Source of the DNA: Escherichia coli
Lineage (GTDB): Bacteria; Pseudomonadota; Gammaproteobacteria; Enterobacterales; Enterobacteriaceae
Length of the DNA stretch: 64,000 nt
Direction: 5' to 3' (one strand)
Assembly (NCBI RefSeq): GCF_044324785.1
Contig: NZ_CP172127.1
Every line of letters begins with the position of its first letter. Position 1 is the stretch's first letter. The translations under genes and the position numbers were made by a program. The notes beneath the pieces were generated by a model. It did no database searches. It was not told where the DNA came from and saw only the letters and a program-made list of their open reading frames with translations. Below, piece by piece: positions 46,192 to 60,108 of the stretch.

Positions 46192-46977
46192 ATGGGATAT
46201 TTAAATAACGTCACCGGTTACCGCAATGATTTACTGGCTAACCGTGCGATTGTTAAACACGGTAATTTCGCGCTGCTAACCCCGGACGGTCTGGTAAAAA
46301 ATATTATTCCGGGCTTTGAAAATTGTGACGCGACAATCCTCTCCACGCCAAAGCTGGGGGCCTCTTTTGTTGATTATCTGGTCACACTGCATCAAAACGG
46401 CGGTAACCAACAGGGCTTCGGTGGTGAAGGAATTGAAACGTTCCTGTATGTGATCTCTGGAAATATCACTGCCAAAGCCGAAGGGAAAACATTTACCTTA
46501 AGCGAAGGTGGTTATCTTTATTGCCCGCCAGGCTCCTTAATGACTTTTATTAACGCCCAGGCCGAAGACAGCCAAATCTTTTTATATAAGCGTCGCTATG
46601 TTCCGGTAGAAGGTCATGCGCCGTGGCTGGTTTCTGGCAATGCCAGCGAACTGGAACGCATTCATTATGAAGGCATGGACGATGTTATTCTGCTGGATTT
46701 TCTGCCCAAAGAGTTAGGTTTTGATATGAACATGCATATCCTCTCTTTTGCGCCAGGTGCCAGCCACGGTTATATCGAAACTCACGTCCAGGAACACGGT
46801 GCCTATATTCTTTCCGGTCAGGGGGTTTATAACCTCGACAATAACTGGATCCCGGTGAAAAAAGGCGATTACATCTTTATGGGCGCTTATTCCTTACAGG
46901 CCGGTTATGGCGTAGGGCGTGGTGAAGCGTTTAGTTATATTTACTCAAAAGATTGCAACCGCGACGTAGAGATTTAA
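46192..46977 (+). CDS. allE: (S)-ureidoglycine aminohydrolase AllE (YlbA), cupin
   Basis: 261 aa bicupin. Confidence 0.8.
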   Translation: MGYLNNVTGYRNDLLANRAIVKHGNFALLTPDGLVKNIIPGFENCDATILSTPKLGASFVDYLVTLHQNGGNQQGFGGEGIETFLYVISGNITAKAEGKTFTLSEGGYLYCPPGSLMTFINAQAEDSQIFLYKRRYVPVEGHAPWLVSGNASELERIHYEGMDDVILLDFLPKELGFDMNMHILSFAPGASHGYIETHVQEHGAYILSGQGVYNLDNNWIPVKKGDYIFMGAYSLQAGYGVGRGEAFSYIYSKDCNRDVEI

Positions 46978-47106
46978 GTCATACCACTCGCCTGATTATT
47001 TTTAGCTATGTTGGATTTTGCCACGGTTTATACCGTGGCTTTTTTTGTAGTAAATTCAGGTAAAAAACGGATGCGGGATAAAATGCATCCGCTCTAATGG
47101 CAAGAG

Positions 47107-48252
47107 TCAGTTTTTAATTCCCTGACCTATTTTAATGGCGCAGGCAATATTTCGTGCGCTGTTGAAGAGATTGGTTTCACCGCTGGCGAGCACTTCGGCT
47201 AAAGGTGCCAGACGTGGCAAAATGCTGAACACCGCGTCAATGCCGTACTGGTGCACCACTTCCACGCCATCACCCAATACGCCAGCAATCCCAATCACCG
47301 GGACATTAAACTGCTTCGCCACCGACGCCACGCCCAGCGGCGCTTTACCACCTGCCGTTTGCGAGTCGATGCGCCCTTCCCCGGTGATCACCAGCGCTGC
47401 ACCCTGCACCGCCTGCTCCAGGTTGACCGCCCGCAGTACAATCTCAATACCCGGTTTAATATCCGCATTGAGGAATACCGCCGCCGCAATACCCATCCCG
47501 CCCGCCGCGCCGCCGCCCGCCATCTGGCAGACATTAATTTCAGTTTGCTGTTGTAAAACACGGGCGTAATTTTGCAGCCCCTGTTCCAGCTCTTCGACCA
47601 TTTCCGGTGTTGCCCCTTTTTGCGGGCCAAACACCGCCGCCGCGCCGCGTGCCCCTACCAGCGGGTTATCAACGTCACATGCTACTTCAATATGGCAGTT
47701 CGCCAGACGCGGATCGCATTCCTCCATCTCAATTCTTGCCACGCGCGCTAAATTGCCGCCGTTAGCCGCCAGCACCTGGCCGTCGGCATCGAGAAAACGC
47801 ACACCAAGCGCCTGCGCCATGCCCATACCGCCGTCGACCGTCGCACTGCCGCCAATGCCGAGAATAATATGGCGAATACCGTTATCCAGCGCATGACGAA
47901 TTAACTCCCCCGTACCAAAACTGGAGGCCAGCAACGGATTACGCTTTTCAGGCGCGACCAGCATCAAGCCACTTGCTGCCGCCATCTCAATCACCGCTGT
48001 TTTCCCGTCGCCGGTAAGGCCATAAAAAGCATTCACTTTTTCGCCCATCGGCCCGCAGACTTCAAGCGTCACGATGTTGCCGCCCGTCGCGGCGACCATC
48101 GCATCCACAGTCCCTTCGCCGCCATCCGCTATCGGCAAACAGATATAGTGCGCATCGGGAAAGAGGGTCGAAAACCCGGCTTTAATTGCCTGACAACATT
48201 TTTCTGCACTTAAGCTCTCTTTAAACGAGTCTGGCGCAATGACAATCTTCAT
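47107..48252 (-). CDS. glxK: Glycerate kinase II GlxK
   Basis: 381 aa from [20 protein letters not shown]... Confidence 0.85.
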   Translation of the reverse strand: MKIVIAPDSFKESLSAEKCCQAIKAGFSTLFPDAHYICLPIADGGEGTVDAMVAATGGNIVTLEVCGPMGEKVNAFYGLTGDGKTAVIEMAAASGLMLVAPEKRNPLLASSFGTGELIRHALDNGIRHIILGIGGSATVDGGMGMAQALGVRFLDADGQVLAANGGNLARVARIEMEECDPRLANCHIEVACDVDNPLVGARGAAAVFGPQKGATPEMVEELEQGLQNYARVLQQQTEINVCQMAGGGAAGGMGIAAAVFLNADIKPGIEIVLRAVNLEQAVQGAALVITGEGRIDSQTAGGKAPLGVASVAKQFNVPVIGIAGVLGDGVEVVHQYGIDAVFSILPRLAPLAEVLASGETNLFNSARNIACAIKIGQGIKN

Positions 48253-48273
48253 TATCAATCCTTTTTCAACAAA

Positions 48274-49581
48274 TTATTCGATGCGTTCCCACGGAATAAG
48301 ATTATCCATAAGAACAGCCAGTAAAATCCCGACCAGTAAGCCGTTACTGAGCAGAGGACGCAGCGTTAATGGAAGGTCTTGCAGATACACAGGCGGTAAT
48401 GCCATTAAAAATATGCCGACAAATAACGGCAATGCGAGTCGATAAATATTGCGAGCGGTAAACGTTATTTGCTGGCTAAACACCAGCGCCGAAAAGAGTA
48501 AAGGCAGATAAGAAACCAGCATAACCGCGCTACTCACCGGTAAAGGGATACTGCAAAACAGTCGTGTGAGTGCCGGAACCAGTGCCACCAGCAGGCAAAT
48601 AACGCTGCCATAAATAAACGAACGCCGCGTGTAATCGCCAGTCTGGGTTAATAAACCAATGGATGAAACAAACGGTGAAAATGGAATTACCGCCAGCGGT
48701 ACGGTTATCAGCGTCATAAATCCGGTCGCCACAAAGCTACGACGATAACGCGTATTCCCCGCGCCCTGCTGCGGATAAAAAACATCCGTGCCACGAATCG
48801 CACCGTAGGTATTGCTGATATTTACCAGACCTGTAATCACCGCCGTCAGAATAATCCCCGGCGACAAAGCACCGCCACTGCCGAGCGGGAACCACTGCCA
48901 GTGCAACTCACCGGAGAGCGAATGCGAAGAAGGAAAGCAAAAGTACCACAACAACCAGCCGGTTATGGTACCGACCAGCAGGCCATAACGGGCAAAACGT
49001 TGCGGCAGAAAGATAATCATCGCCAGTACCAGGCACATCACCGCGACCGAGAGCGCGAACGGCGGTAACTGAATTTTAAAATTCGGGTCGGCTATGCCAA
49101 ACGGCAGCCCGAGCATACCTTTGAAAAAGATAGTGGTCAGCTGCGCGCCCAGCATCAACATAAACAAGACCATCACCGACGGCGTAAATAACCGCGCCAG
49201 ACGATGACCTAATCCGCTAAAACCAATCAACATCGTCAGCACGCCAGAGAGCGCAATTCCCACCGCCAGGCTGGTAGCGATATCGTTGATCGGTGTCCCG
49301 CGCGATGCTTCGCCAAGGGTGATAGTAAGGATGGTTCCCCACCACAGGCCACCCGGCCCTTCCATAATAGCGCGACGATGACCGCAGAACGCCTGAGCGA
49401 AGCAGGCCAGTGCGGTAGCAAGAAAAGCATATTGCGTGAGCGTAAGCAGGCTACTTTGCGGCAACTGAAAAGCAGAAAGTAGCGTAGGAGGAACCACAAC
49501 AGTGTTGCAAAAAATAAAGAAAAACCACTGAAATCCTGATAACAGGCTTTCGCGGCTGACTGCAAAATTGAACATAAACAC
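48274..49581 (-). CDS. ybbY: Putative purine/xanthine permease YbbY
   Basis: Multi-TM NCS2-like ORF; start may be the internal Met. Confidence 0.7.
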   Translation of the reverse strand: MFMFNFAVSRESLLSGFQWFFFIFCNTVVVPPTLLSAFQLPQSSLLTLTQYAFLATALACFAQAFCGHRRAIMEGPGGLWWGTILTITLGEASRGTPINDIATSLAVGIALSGVLTMLIGFSGLGHRLARLFTPSVMVLFMLMLGAQLTTIFFKGMLGLPFGIADPNFKIQLPPFALSVAVMCLVLAMIIFLPQRFARYGLLVGTITGWLLWYFCFPSSHSLSGELHWQWFPLGSGGALSPGIILTAVITGLVNISNTYGAIRGTDVFYPQQGAGNTRYRRSFVATGFMTLITVPLAVIPFSPFVSSIGLLTQTGDYTRRSFIYGSVICLLVALVPALTRLFCSIPLPVSSAVMLVSYLPLLFSALVFSQQITFTARNIYRLALPLFVGIFLMALPPVYLQDLPLTLRPLLSNGLLVGILLAVLMDNLIPWERIE

Positions 49582-49631
49582 ACCTTAACCGGAGAATGCC
49601 CGCCGCAAGGACGGGCATTGCAGGGGCCAGA

Positions 49632-50993
49632 TTACTGCTGATGTTTAAGGATAAATTGACCTTTCGGCGCAACAGGGAAGCCCTGTTCGATGTCGTAAAT
49701 CACATCACCACGTAAGATGGTTTTCGTGATACGCGCGCCAATGGTACGGCCAACATACGGGCTGACTTTGTGGCGATATTCCAGATCGTCATTGGTAAGA
49801 ACATAGCTGCTATTCGGCTGAATGAAGACGAAGTCGGCATCTTTTCCTGGGGCGATACGGCCTTTTTGCTGCAGACCGAAAATATCTGCTGCGTTAGTCG
49901 CCATTAATTTGCCGAACATCGGCAGAGACATACCGCGTTTCTGTACCGCTTCATCGAACATCACGTCCATGCAGCTTTGCAGACCGGCGATACCGCCCCA
50001 TGCTTTCATGATGTTACCGGCTTTCATTTCCGGCGGGCATGGAGAGTGGTCGGAAACCAGGCAGTCGATTTCACCGTTAAACAGTTTTTCCCACATGCCT
50101 TTCTGGTTTTCCAGATCGCGGATCGGCGGTGAACACTTCGCCAGGGTGCCAATTTCTTCGAACTGATCGGTATCCAGCACAAAGTAATGCGGGCAGGACT
50201 CACAGGTGACATCCTGGCCTTCCTGACGTGCACGAGTCACTTCCTCAACGCCTTCCGGGCTGCTGATATGGCAAACGTGCAGACGGCAACCGGCAACTTT
50301 CGCCAGGTACAGTACGCGGCGAATCGCTTCCACTTCGGTAAATACCGGACGCGAAGCCACATAGTCATGTGCGGTTACGCGGCCTTCACGTTTCGCTTCT
50401 TCGCCCAGTTCGTCACAGATCAGCGCGTTTTCGCAGTGCACCAGCACCGGCTGCCCCAGTTCGCCCAGCTTCTGCGCACCTTTGAAGAACTGCCAGTCAT
50501 TGACGTCACGGAAGTCGTTGTCGATACCGCGATCGCCACAGGTTGCGACGAAGCATTTGAAGCCGACAACGCCCACTTCATCCAGCTCATGCAGACGGTC
50601 GATGTTGTAAGACACCAGGCCACCGAGTTGCGCCGCATCGATAGTCAGCTTGCCTTTGGCGGCATCAAACTTCAGTTCAATCGATGCGCGGTCAACCGTT
50701 GCAGGCAGCTGGTTGAGCGGCATTTCGATCATGGTGGTGATACCGCCTTTTGCCGCTGCGCGAGTGCCAGTTTCATAACCTTCCCAGTGGCTACGACCCG
50801 GTTCAGAAATATGGGTGTGCGCATCAACCATGCCTGGCGAAACCACCAGACCAGACGCATCCATAACTTCTTTTGCATCGCCCAGATCCTGACCGATAGC
50901 AGCAATTTTTCCGCCTTTAACGGCGATATCTACAACGCGAGCTTCGTTTTCTAAAATAACGGTGCCGTTTTTAATGATTAAATCAAAAGACAT
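49632..50993 (-). CDS. allB: Allantoinase AllB
   Basis: 453 aa from [22 protein letters not shown]..., amidohydrolase. Confidence 0.85.
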   Translation of the reverse strand: MSFDLIIKNGTVILENEARVVDIAVKGGKIAAIGQDLGDAKEVMDASGLVVSPGMVDAHTHISEPGRSHWEGYETGTRAAAKGGITTMIEMPLNQLPATVDRASIELKFDAAKGKLTIDAAQLGGLVSYNIDRLHELDEVGVVGFKCFVATCGDRGIDNDFRDVNDWQFFKGAQKLGELGQPVLVHCENALICDELGEEAKREGRVTAHDYVASRPVFTEVEAIRRVLYLAKVAGCRLHVCHISSPEGVEEVTRARQEGQDVTCESCPHYFVLDTDQFEEIGTLAKCSPPIRDLENQKGMWEKLFNGEIDCLVSDHSPCPPEMKAGNIMKAWGGIAGLQSCMDVMFDEAVQKRGMSLPMFGKLMATNAADIFGLQQKGRIAPGKDADFVFIQPNSSYVLTNDDLEYRHKVSPYVGRTIGARITKTILRGDVIYDIEQGFPVAPKGQFILKHQQ

Positions 50994-51053
50994 AACAAAC
51001 TCCTTGTAAAATACAGATTGGTTTTTTAACTCAATGTTCAATATCGGGATTAA

Positions 51054-52508
51054 TTAACCTGTGACTTTTTGTTCTCCTGTTTTTTCTGCTGCAGTACGTT
51101 TCTTTAATAAGGCGTAGGCCGCAAAGGCGACAATAACGCCGACAAACCATGAAACGCGTGATAAAGGCTCCATGAACGGAATAAATTTACCACCGAGAGA
51201 TAAAATAACGGCGACCAGAGTTACTGAGAACGCGGTAAGGTTAAAACCGTTATCGTAATATTTGAAATCACCTGCTGCGGTATACAGTTCATCAAGATTA
51301 ATTTGCCCACGCATCACCACAAAATAATGCGCCATCATGACACCAATTACCGGACCAAGCATTCCGCCGATAATATCGAGGAACAGATAAATACTGTCCT
51401 GATTTTCCATTAATTTCCACGGGCAGATCAGCAGGCTGATAATACTGGCAATCAGTACGCCGTTTTTATAGGTCAGTTTCGTCGGTGCAATAGCGGCTAT
51501 CTGATAACCGGCCGGAATAATATTACCGGTGGCGTTAGTGGAGATAGTCGTCATCAGAATAACCAGTACCGCAAAGAACGAGGCAAACAGGCTATCCCAA
51601 CGCTGGACAATATCCAGCACGTTCCAGGTGTCAGCGCCGTAATGAATACTGGCTCCGGCAATAATACATACCCCGGCGACCGCAAACAGAATATAGGCCA
51701 CAACTAAACCGAGCGTTTGCCCCAGCGCCTGCTCACGAAACGAGTGGGCGTTTTGCGTAAAGTCGGATGCGCTCACCGCCGGTGCCGCCCAGACCGCAAC
51801 TACCGCGTTAATCACCACCAGGAACAGGAAGCCACCGTTTTCTGCTTTCTGAATACCGCTCGGAATGTAGTCAAAGATTGGACCGATCCCGACCAGTGAA
51901 ATCGCCCAAATCGCCATACCGCCGAAGACAACATAGATGCACGGGTTAAGAATGGCGGTGAATTTATTTAAAACTTTGCCACCACCGAAACCGATTCCGA
52001 CGTTCACCAGCCAGAAGAGTAAGAAAGTGATTAAGCCCGGTAGAGAAAGCCCTAACAGGGTAAAATCACCACCGAGAGTTAAAAATCCCGGCCAGATTTT
52101 GCCAATCAGGATCAAGCAGGCCAGTGACCCCGCATAACATTGCAGGCCAAACCACATAATGGCAGCAATCCCGCCTCTTAATAATCCGGGAAACAGTGCA
52201 CCACGTACGCCGTAAGAAGCACGCAGGATCATGGCAAAAGGCACACCGTATTTACTGCCCGCAGCACCGTTTAATACCATTACCGCGGCAATGAAAAAGG
52301 CGCTGAGGATAATTGCCAGCATAATACTAAAGGTAGACAAGCCGAGAATAAAAAAGCCGCCGACCATCACATAATTGGGAACGTTATGAACCGAACCCAT
52401 CCATAAGGTAAAATAGTTAAATGTTTTCCAGGTCCGCTGGCTTTGCGTTTTCGGCAATAGATCTTCGCTATAGCCGCGTTGCTGGAATAGTTTTCTCTGA
52501 TGTTCCAT
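51054..52508 (-). CDS. ybbW: Allantoin permease (NCS1 family) YbbW
   Basis: 484 aa multi-TM. Confidence 0.8.
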   Translation of the reverse strand: MEHQRKLFQQRGYSEDLLPKTQSQRTWKTFNYFTLWMGSVHNVPNYVMVGGFFILGLSTFSIMLAIILSAFFIAAVMVLNGAAGSKYGVPFAMILRASYGVRGALFPGLLRGGIAAIMWFGLQCYAGSLACLILIGKIWPGFLTLGGDFTLLGLSLPGLITFLLFWLVNVGIGFGGGKVLNKFTAILNPCIYVVFGGMAIWAISLVGIGPIFDYIPSGIQKAENGGFLFLVVINAVVAVWAAPAVSASDFTQNAHSFREQALGQTLGLVVAYILFAVAGVCIIAGASIHYGADTWNVLDIVQRWDSLFASFFAVLVILMTTISTNATGNIIPAGYQIAAIAPTKLTYKNGVLIASIISLLICPWKLMENQDSIYLFLDIIGGMLGPVIGVMMAHYFVVMRGQINLDELYTAAGDFKYYDNGFNLTAFSVTLVAVILSLGGKFIPFMEPLSRVSWFVGVIVAFAAYALLKKRTAAEKTGEQKVTG

Positions 52509-52677
52509 AAATCCCTCTTAATTTCACGTATCGAATAACGTCTTTTTAATCTAGCTATGAGGAACAAATAAAATAAAAATATTATTTTTAATACTGAAGC
52601 AACATCTTTGGCTGCTTTCTTTTTTTAATATTGCTGGCCGATTCATTTTCTGATATCGGCCATTTTTATTGCGGGTA

Positions 52678-53556
52678 TCAGGCCAGTTTATGGTTAGCCA
52701 TTAATTCCAGCGCCTGCACTAACGCAGAGTGATCCAACTGGCTACCACCGTTTGCCGCACAGGTATTAAACAATTCCTGGCAGGTCGCGGTGTTTGGCAG
52801 ATTCAGCGCCAGTGCTTTCGCACTTTGCAGTGCCAGGTTGAGATCTTTCTGGTGCAGCGCAATTTTAAAACCTGGATTAAAGGTGCGTTTAATCATGCGC
52901 TCACCGTGAACTTCCAGAATACGTGAGGAAGCAAAGCCGCCCATCAGCGCCTGGCGCACACGTACCGGGTCCGCACCGGCTTTTGAAGCAAATAGCAGGG
53001 CTTCAGATACCGCTTCAATATTGAGCGCCACAATAATCTGATTTGCCACTTTGCAGGTTTGACCGTCGCCGTTACCGCCCACGAGGGTGATATTTTTACC
53101 GAGCAGTTCAAACAGCGGTTTAACACGTTCAAATACCGCTTCATCACCGCCAACCATAATCGACAACGTCCCTTCACGCGCACCGATTTCACCGCCGGAG
53201 ACTGGCGCATCGAGATAATCGCCGCCCAGTTCATTCACCTGACGAGCGAAACGCTTAGTTTCAATCGGGGAAATGGAGCTCATATCAACAATGGTTTTGC
53301 CCTTCAGCGAGGCTTTGGTACAACCATTTTCACCAAACAGAACTTCTTCAACCTGTGGTGTGTCCGGCACCATAATAAAAATGATGTCCGCTGCTTCCGT
53401 TACCTGGCGCGCAGTTTCAACACTGACGGCACCCAGTGACAGTAATTCATCAGCAACCGGACCAATGGTTGTGACATGCAGTTGATGACCGGCTCGCGCC
53501 AGATTAATGGCCATCGGTGTACCCATAATGCCTAAGCCAATAAATCCCAGTTTCAT
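52678..53556 (-). CDS. glxR: Tartronate semialdehyde reductase GlxR
   Basis: 292 aa; NAD-binding GLGIMG motif. Confidence 0.85.
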   Translation of the reverse strand: MKLGFIGLGIMGTPMAINLARAGHQLHVTTIGPVADELLSLGAVSVETARQVTEAADIIFIMVPDTPQVEEVLFGENGCTKASLKGKTIVDMSSISPIETKRFARQVNELGGDYLDAPVSGGEIGAREGTLSIMVGGDEAVFERVKPLFELLGKNITLVGGNGDGQTCKVANQIIVALNIEAVSEALLFASKAGADPVRVRQALMGGFASSRILEVHGERMIKRTFNPGFKIALHQKDLNLALQSAKALALNLPNTATCQELFNTCAANGGSQLDHSALVQALELMANHKLA

Positions 53557-53655
53557 AATTAACCTCTTTTAAATTTCGCTTTTCCTGAATTCAGACAACA
53601 CGATCCCCTGCCAACTTAGCGGCCTAAAAAAGCATTGTCTGAATAGCGTTACGTT

Positions 53656-54432
53656 TTAACGGTACGGATCCATCCAGCCTAAACCAGCTTCCGTGGTGGT
53701 TTGGGGTTTATATTCACACCCAACCCAACCGTTGTAGTCAGAATTTTCAATTACCGTAAAGAGATACTCGTAATTAATTTCTCCGGTTCCAGGTTCGCCG
53801 CGATGCGGATTATCGGCAATTTGCAGGTGACCAATTTTATCGGCCCATTGAGTCATAGTGTTGGTTAATTCACCTTCCATCCGCTGCATATGATAAATGT
53901 CATACTGAATTTTCAAATTGCAGCAACCAACATCATCAATCAATTTCAGCGCCTGCCGAGTTCCGGTGAGATGGAAACCAGGAATATCAAAATGGTTGAT
54001 AGGTTCAATCAGTAATAAAATATCTTCTTTCATCAGCATATTCGCGGCATAACGCAGGTTTTCTACAAGCGTTGCGTGAATCTGTTCACTGCTGAAACCA
54101 GCCGGCGTTTTACCGACCAGACAGTTAATTTTTTTATTACCCAGCGCACGAGCATAACGAATCGCTGCTGCTACGCCATCCCGAAACTCTTCTTCACGGC
54201 CAGGAATACAGGCAATACCGCGCTCGCCCGCCGCCCAGTCACCCGCAGGTAAATTATGCAGCGTATGTTCGAGTTTATTACTCGCCAGCACCTGTTTTAA
54301 TTCTTCAATGTCGTAGTCATAAGGAAACATAAATTCAACGCCGCGAAAACCACACTGCGCAGCTTTCTCAAAACGGGCGAGAAAATCATATTCACCAAAT
54401 AACATCGATAAATTAGCAGAGAAACGTAACAT
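53656..54432 (-). CDS. hyi: Hydroxypyruvate isomerase Hyi
   Basis: 258 aa TIM-barrel. Confidence 0.85.
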   Translation of the reverse strand: MLRFSANLSMLFGEYDFLARFEKAAQCGFRGVEFMFPYDYDIEELKQVLASNKLEHTLHNLPAGDWAAGERGIACIPGREEEFRDGVAAAIRYARALGNKKINCLVGKTPAGFSSEQIHATLVENLRYAANMLMKEDILLLIEPINHFDIPGFHLTGTRQALKLIDDVGCCNLKIQYDIYHMQRMEGELTNTMTQWADKIGHLQIADNPHRGEPGTGEINYEYLFTVIENSDYNGWVGCEYKPQTTTEAGLGWMDPYR

Positions 54433-54444
54433 TATTTATCTCCC

Positions 54445-56226
54445 TTATTCATAGTGCATGAAGCAGGTTTCAGTCGGTGCGTCCACTGCGTTATCGGCGA
54501 TATCTTCAAATTCCATGACGTTATCCAGTTCGCTGCCCATCGAAATATTGGTCACACGCTCGAGAATAACTTCCACGACTACCGGTACCCGATATTGCGC
54601 CATTAAGGCTTTCGCCTGTTCAAAGGCTGGTGCAATATCTTCCGGTTTGAAGACCCGAATAGCTTTACAACCTAAACCTTCCGCTACTTTTACGTGGTCG
54701 ACGCCGTAACCGTTCACTTCACTGGAGTTAATATTTTCGAACGCGAGCTGTACGCAGTAATCCATATCAAACGCGCGCTGCGACTGGCGAATCAGCCCCA
54801 GATAGGCGTTATTGACCAGTACATGGATGTACGGAATGTTGAACTGTGCGCCAACGGCTAATTCTTCAATCAGGAACTGGAAGTCGAAGTCACCGGAAAT
54901 CGCCACCACTTTGCGCTCTGGATCAGCGGCACACACGCCCAGCGCCGCCGGAATGGTCCAGCCCAACGGGCCTGCCTGCCCACAGTTGATCCAGTGGCGG
55001 TCTTTAAAGACATGCAGCATTTGTGCCGCAGCGATTTGTGACAGACCAATGGTGGTAACATAACAAACATCGCGACCAAAGGCTTTGTTCATCTCTTCAT
55101 ACACGCGCTGCGGTTTCACCGGCACATTGTCGAAGTGGGTTTTGCGCAGCAAAGTGCGTTTGCGCTGCTGGCAGTCGGCGACCCATTCTTTACGACACGG
55201 CAGACGACCCGCTTTTTGCATCTCCTGCGCCACTTCAACCAGCAGTGTCAGCGCCGCTTTAGCATCAGAGACAATGCCGAGATCCGGACACAGCACGCGG
55301 CCAATTTGCGTCGGCTCAATATCGATATGAACGATTTTGCGCCCTTCGGTGTATTTCTCTACCGAACCGGTATGACGGTTCGCAAAACGGTTACCGATAC
55401 CAAACACCATGTCGGACGCCAGTAGCGTTGCGTTACCGTAACGATGTGCGGTTTGCAGACCCACCATCCCGGCCATCAGTTCATGATCGTCCGGGATACA
55501 GCCCCAGCCCATCAGCGTTGGGATCACCGGAACGCTGGTCAGTTCAGCAAACTGTTGTAACAGTGCAGCTGCGTCAGCATTGATTACCCCGCCCCCGGCA
55601 ACAATCACCGGACGTTCGGCCTGGATTAACATTTCTACAGCTTTTTCGATCTGCATACGGCTGGCAGCAGGTTTGTAGACCGGCAGCGGTTCGTACATGT
55701 CAGGATCAAACTCGATTTCCGCAACCTGAACGTCGAACGGTAAATCCACCAATACCGGACCCGGACGACCAGAACGCATCAGGTGAAATGCCTGTTGCAG
55801 CACGCGAGGCACCAGCGCCGCTTCACGAACTGTAACCGCCATTTTGCTGACCGGTTTAGCAATTGCTTCAATATCTACGGCCTGAAAATCTTCTTTATGC
55901 AGACGGGCGCGCGGTGCCTGACCGGTAATGCACAGAATAGGAATGGAATCAGCAGAAGCGGAATAGAGCGCGGTGATCATGTCCGTGCCCGCCGGACCGG
56001 AAGTCCCCAGACAAACGCCGATATTCCCTGCCGTTGCGCGGGTATAGCCTTCCGCCATGTGCGACGCCCCCTCCACGTGACGCGCCAGGATGTGACGAAT
56101 ACCGCCGTGCTTACGCATCGCTGAATAGAACGGATTGATTGCTGCTCCCGGAACGCCGAAGGCGGTGGTGATACCTTCTTTCTCCAGCACATACATTGCC
56201 GCGTCAACGGCTCTCATTTTTGCCAT
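54445..56226 (-). CDS. gcl: Glyoxylate carboligase Gcl (ThDP enzyme)
   Basis: 593 aa from [34 protein letters not shown]... Confidence 0.9.
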   Translation of the reverse strand: MAKMRAVDAAMYVLEKEGITTAFGVPGAAINPFYSAMRKHGGIRHILARHVEGASHMAEGYTRATAGNIGVCLGTSGPAGTDMITALYSASADSIPILCITGQAPRARLHKEDFQAVDIEAIAKPVSKMAVTVREAALVPRVLQQAFHLMRSGRPGPVLVDLPFDVQVAEIEFDPDMYEPLPVYKPAASRMQIEKAVEMLIQAERPVIVAGGGVINADAAALLQQFAELTSVPVIPTLMGWGCIPDDHELMAGMVGLQTAHRYGNATLLASDMVFGIGNRFANRHTGSVEKYTEGRKIVHIDIEPTQIGRVLCPDLGIVSDAKAALTLLVEVAQEMQKAGRLPCRKEWVADCQQRKRTLLRKTHFDNVPVKPQRVYEEMNKAFGRDVCYVTTIGLSQIAAAQMLHVFKDRHWINCGQAGPLGWTIPAALGVCAADPERKVVAISGDFDFQFLIEELAVGAQFNIPYIHVLVNNAYLGLIRQSQRAFDMDYCVQLAFENINSSEVNGYGVDHVKVAEGLGCKAIRVFKPEDIAPAFEQAKALMAQYRVPVVVEVILERVTNISMGSELDNVMEFEDIADNAVDAPTETCFMHYE

Positions 56227-56246
56227 TTTATTCCTACCTCTATTAA

Positions 56247-56263
56247 TTGGAAAAATTTTCCAA
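56247..56263. promoter_or_regulatory. AllR operator (perfect palindrome TTGGAAAAATTTTCCAA) upstream of gcl
   Basis: Palindrome read in sequence; matches remembered AllR site consensus. Confidence 0.6.
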
Positions 56264-56315
56264 CTTTCAAATTTTGTCAAAAAAACCCGCTCTGCAGAGC
56301 GGGATGCGACAGACA

Positions 56316-57131
56316 CTATGGATGTGCTTTCAGTCCCAACGCCGTGCTGATATCGCGGGCGGTGTCTCTGACCAGCTCACCCTGACTGACAAAACGATCT
56401 TCTGTCAGTCTTGATGAAGGCCCGGAGATGGAGATAGCGGCAACAACACTACCTACATCATCGTAAATTGCTGAAGCTATGCAATTCAGGCCGACAACAT
56501 GCTCTTCTTTATCTACGGTATAGCCCAGTTCACGCGCTTGTTCCAGGTCCTTTAGCAAGGTGGGCATATCCACAAGCGTAGTTGGCGTAAACTGCTGCAA
56601 ACCGGTTTGCAGAATGATGCTCATCAACTCCTCTTCCGCCAGCGGATAAAGCAGCGCCTTGCCCGCGCCGGAAGCATGCAGCGGCAGACGACTGCCCAGC
56701 GGCGCACACATCCTGACCATCGATTTACACTCTAACTGACCAATTAATACCGCTTCATTGCCGTTACGGATCGCGACATTGACCGTTTCGCCGGAAAGTA
56801 ACATCAGGCGGCGCATAAACGGCCCGGCGACGGAGAGGACATCGCGGTTATGGATGTACGCCGCACCGACGTTAAAGACACCTAATCCTATATGCCACCA
56901 GCCTAACTGACTGTCCTGATAGACAAAATCCGCTGCCTGTAAAACCTTCAGCAAGCGAAAGGTCGTGGAGAGCGGCAAATCCAGATTGAGAGAAATATCG
57001 CTAACCGACGAACTTCCCCCACTTTTTTCCAGATATTGCAGAATCGCAATTCCCCGCTCTAACGCCTGTGCGCCCTTCTGTGCCACAGGCTCCGCCTGTC
57101 CTGGCCTGCCGCGCCGTCTAACTTCCGTCAT
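56316..57131 (-). CDS. allR: IclR-family repressor AllR
   Basis: 271 aa. Confidence 0.85.
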
Positions 57132-57208
57132 ACCTACGTTAACTCCGACCTACAAGTGAGCATAAACAATGAACAATTAGTTTATCTTATGCAAGTCGGT
57201 TGCAGGCG

Positions 57209-57691
57209 TCACGCAAAACAGAGTTCCTGTTCAGGAATACTTTCAACATCACAGTTGTCACTGCCGCCGCGATCGATGGTCAGAAAATCGGTGACGCGCT
57301 GCCAGGCGAAAAGTGGATGATGCCAGACGTTACGATGGTAATTCACTCCCTGTTCGCCGTTGGTAATAAACGCCCGCAGCGTTGACAGGTCTGGTTTGTC
57401 GTCACCTAACGCCACGACCACCACAAACACTTCACCTTTCATCGGGATAAAGGCCTGAGTACCCAGCGGATGACGTTCGAGTTCGTGAATGGTCAGCGGC
57501 AGATTCGCCGGTTGCGCGCGGTTAATGCTGATAAGCGTACGGTCTTGCTCAAGAATCTCAACCAGCGCCAAATCGTGGTAACGCTCCACCAGGCCATTGT
57601 TAATATGGAAAAAATCCCGTTGCTGCGTTTCGATTACGTCGCCATAAGCACTAAAGGCTTCCTGACTTAACGGTAATACCTGAAGTTTCAT
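57209..57691 (-). CDS. allA: Ureidoglycolate lyase AllA
   Basis: 160 aa. Confidence 0.85.
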
Positions 57692-57796
57692 CTTTTTGTC
57701 CTTGTAACATAATTCCGTTCAACCACCGCCGACCGGTCAGCTTGGTTTCAATAACAGGCAATCTAAAACCTTAAGAGAACAACATCAACACAAAAG

Positions 57797-57813
57797 TTGG
57801 AATATTTTTCCAA
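57797..57813. promoter_or_regulatory. AllR operator (TTGGAATATTTTTCCAA) in allA-allS intergenic region
   Basis: Near-perfect palindrome, same half-sites as the gcl site. Confidence 0.55.
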
Positions 57814-57920
57814 AACTAGATTTAGTCCACAAATTGAACAGGGTTATCATGTAAAAATACTGATAAATCAGAGGATAAGAAAATCACGCAACTTGCGGAT
57901 TTAAAAGGGGATACCTGAAG

Positions 57921-58847
57921 ATGTTCGATCCAGAAACCTTGCGGACTTTCATTGCGGTTGCTGAAACAGGAAGTTTTTCAAAAGCGGCAGAACGATTGTG
58001 TAAAACCACGGCGACAATCAGTTATCGCATTAAACTTCTGGAAGAGAATACCGGAGTGGCGCTGTTTTTCCGCACGACTCGCAGCGTGACGTTGACAGCG
58101 GCTGGCGAGCATCTACTTTCTCAGGCCAGAGACTGGCTGAGCTGGCTGGAAAGTATGCCCAGCGAGCTGCAACAGGTGAATGATGGCGTGGAACGCCAGG
58201 TGAATATTGTCATCAACAACCTGCTATACAACCCCCAGGCCGTCGCCCAGCTGCTGGCGTGGCTGAATGAACGTTACCCCTTTACCCAGTTCCACATCTC
58301 CCGGCAAATCTATATGGGCGTCTGGGACTCGCTATTGTACGAAGGTTTTTCACTGGCTATCGGCGTCACGGGAACCGAGGCGCTGGCAAATACCTTTAGT
58401 CTTGATCCCTTAGGATCGGTGCAATGGCGCTTTGTCATGGCGGCGGATCATCCGCTGGCGAACGCTGAAGAGCCGCTAACAGAAGCGCAGTTGCGGCGCT
58501 TTCCGGCGGTCAATATTGAAGACAGCGCCCGCACCTTAACCAAACGCGTCGCCTGGCGATTGCCAGGGCAAAAAGAGATTATTGTTCCCGATATGGAAAC
58601 GAAAATCGCCGCCCATCTGGCGGGCGTTGGCATTGGTTTTTTGCCAAAATCGCTTTGCCAGTCAATGATCGATAATCAACAACTGGTCAGCCGGGTAATC
58701 CCAACGATGCGCCCTCCTTCGCCATTGAGTCTGGCATGGCGCAAATTTGGCAGCGGCAAAGCGGTAGAAGATATTGTGACCTTGTTTACCCAGCGCAGGC
58801 CGGAAATCAGCGGATTTTTAGAAATTTTCGGCAACCCACGCAGTTAA
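57921..58847 (+). CDS. allS: LysR-family activator AllS
   Basis: 308 aa LysR HTH N-terminus. Confidence 0.85.
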   Translation: MFDPETLRTFIAVAETGSFSKAAERLCKTTATISYRIKLLEENTGVALFFRTTRSVTLTAAGEHLLSQARDWLSWLESMPSELQQVNDGVERQVNIVINNLLYNPQAVAQLLAWLNERYPFTQFHISRQIYMGVWDSLLYEGFSLAIGVTGTEALANTFSLDPLGSVQWRFVMAADHPLANAEEPLTEAQLRRFPAVNIEDSARTLTKRVAWRLPGQKEIIVPDMETKIAAHLAGVGIGFLPKSLCQSMIDNQQLVSRVIPTMRPPSPLSLAWRKFGSGKAVEDIVTLFTQRRPEISGFLEIFGNPRS

Positions 58848-58900
58848 AAATCAAGTTTCCTTGCGCGTTGGCGCGTAAAATAGCGCGCAAGCTGATTTGA

Positions 58901-60010
<1,110 letters not shown>

Positions 60011-60072
60011 TGGCCGGTATTCTGAAACGGCGATTGTCGTGAGAACAGAATGGTTGCACCAGAATACAGATA

Positions 60073-60108
60073 TAAAAAAACCGACATGACAGTCGGTTTT
60101 TTATTTTT
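60073..60108 (+). terminator. Intrinsic terminator after selU
   Basis: CCGAC-ATGACA-GTCGG hairpin followed by TTTTTTATTTTTT. Confidence 0.7.

Noticed and set aside
50187-50954. 255-aa plus-strand ORF inside allB
   Set aside because: Antisense to allantoinase, low-complexity translation, no independent start signal
52625-52665. Hairpin GGCCGAT...ATCGGCC downstream of glxR
   Set aside because: The U-run is on the plus strand while both flanking genes are on the minus strand; orientation does not fit a glxR terminator, so not annotated
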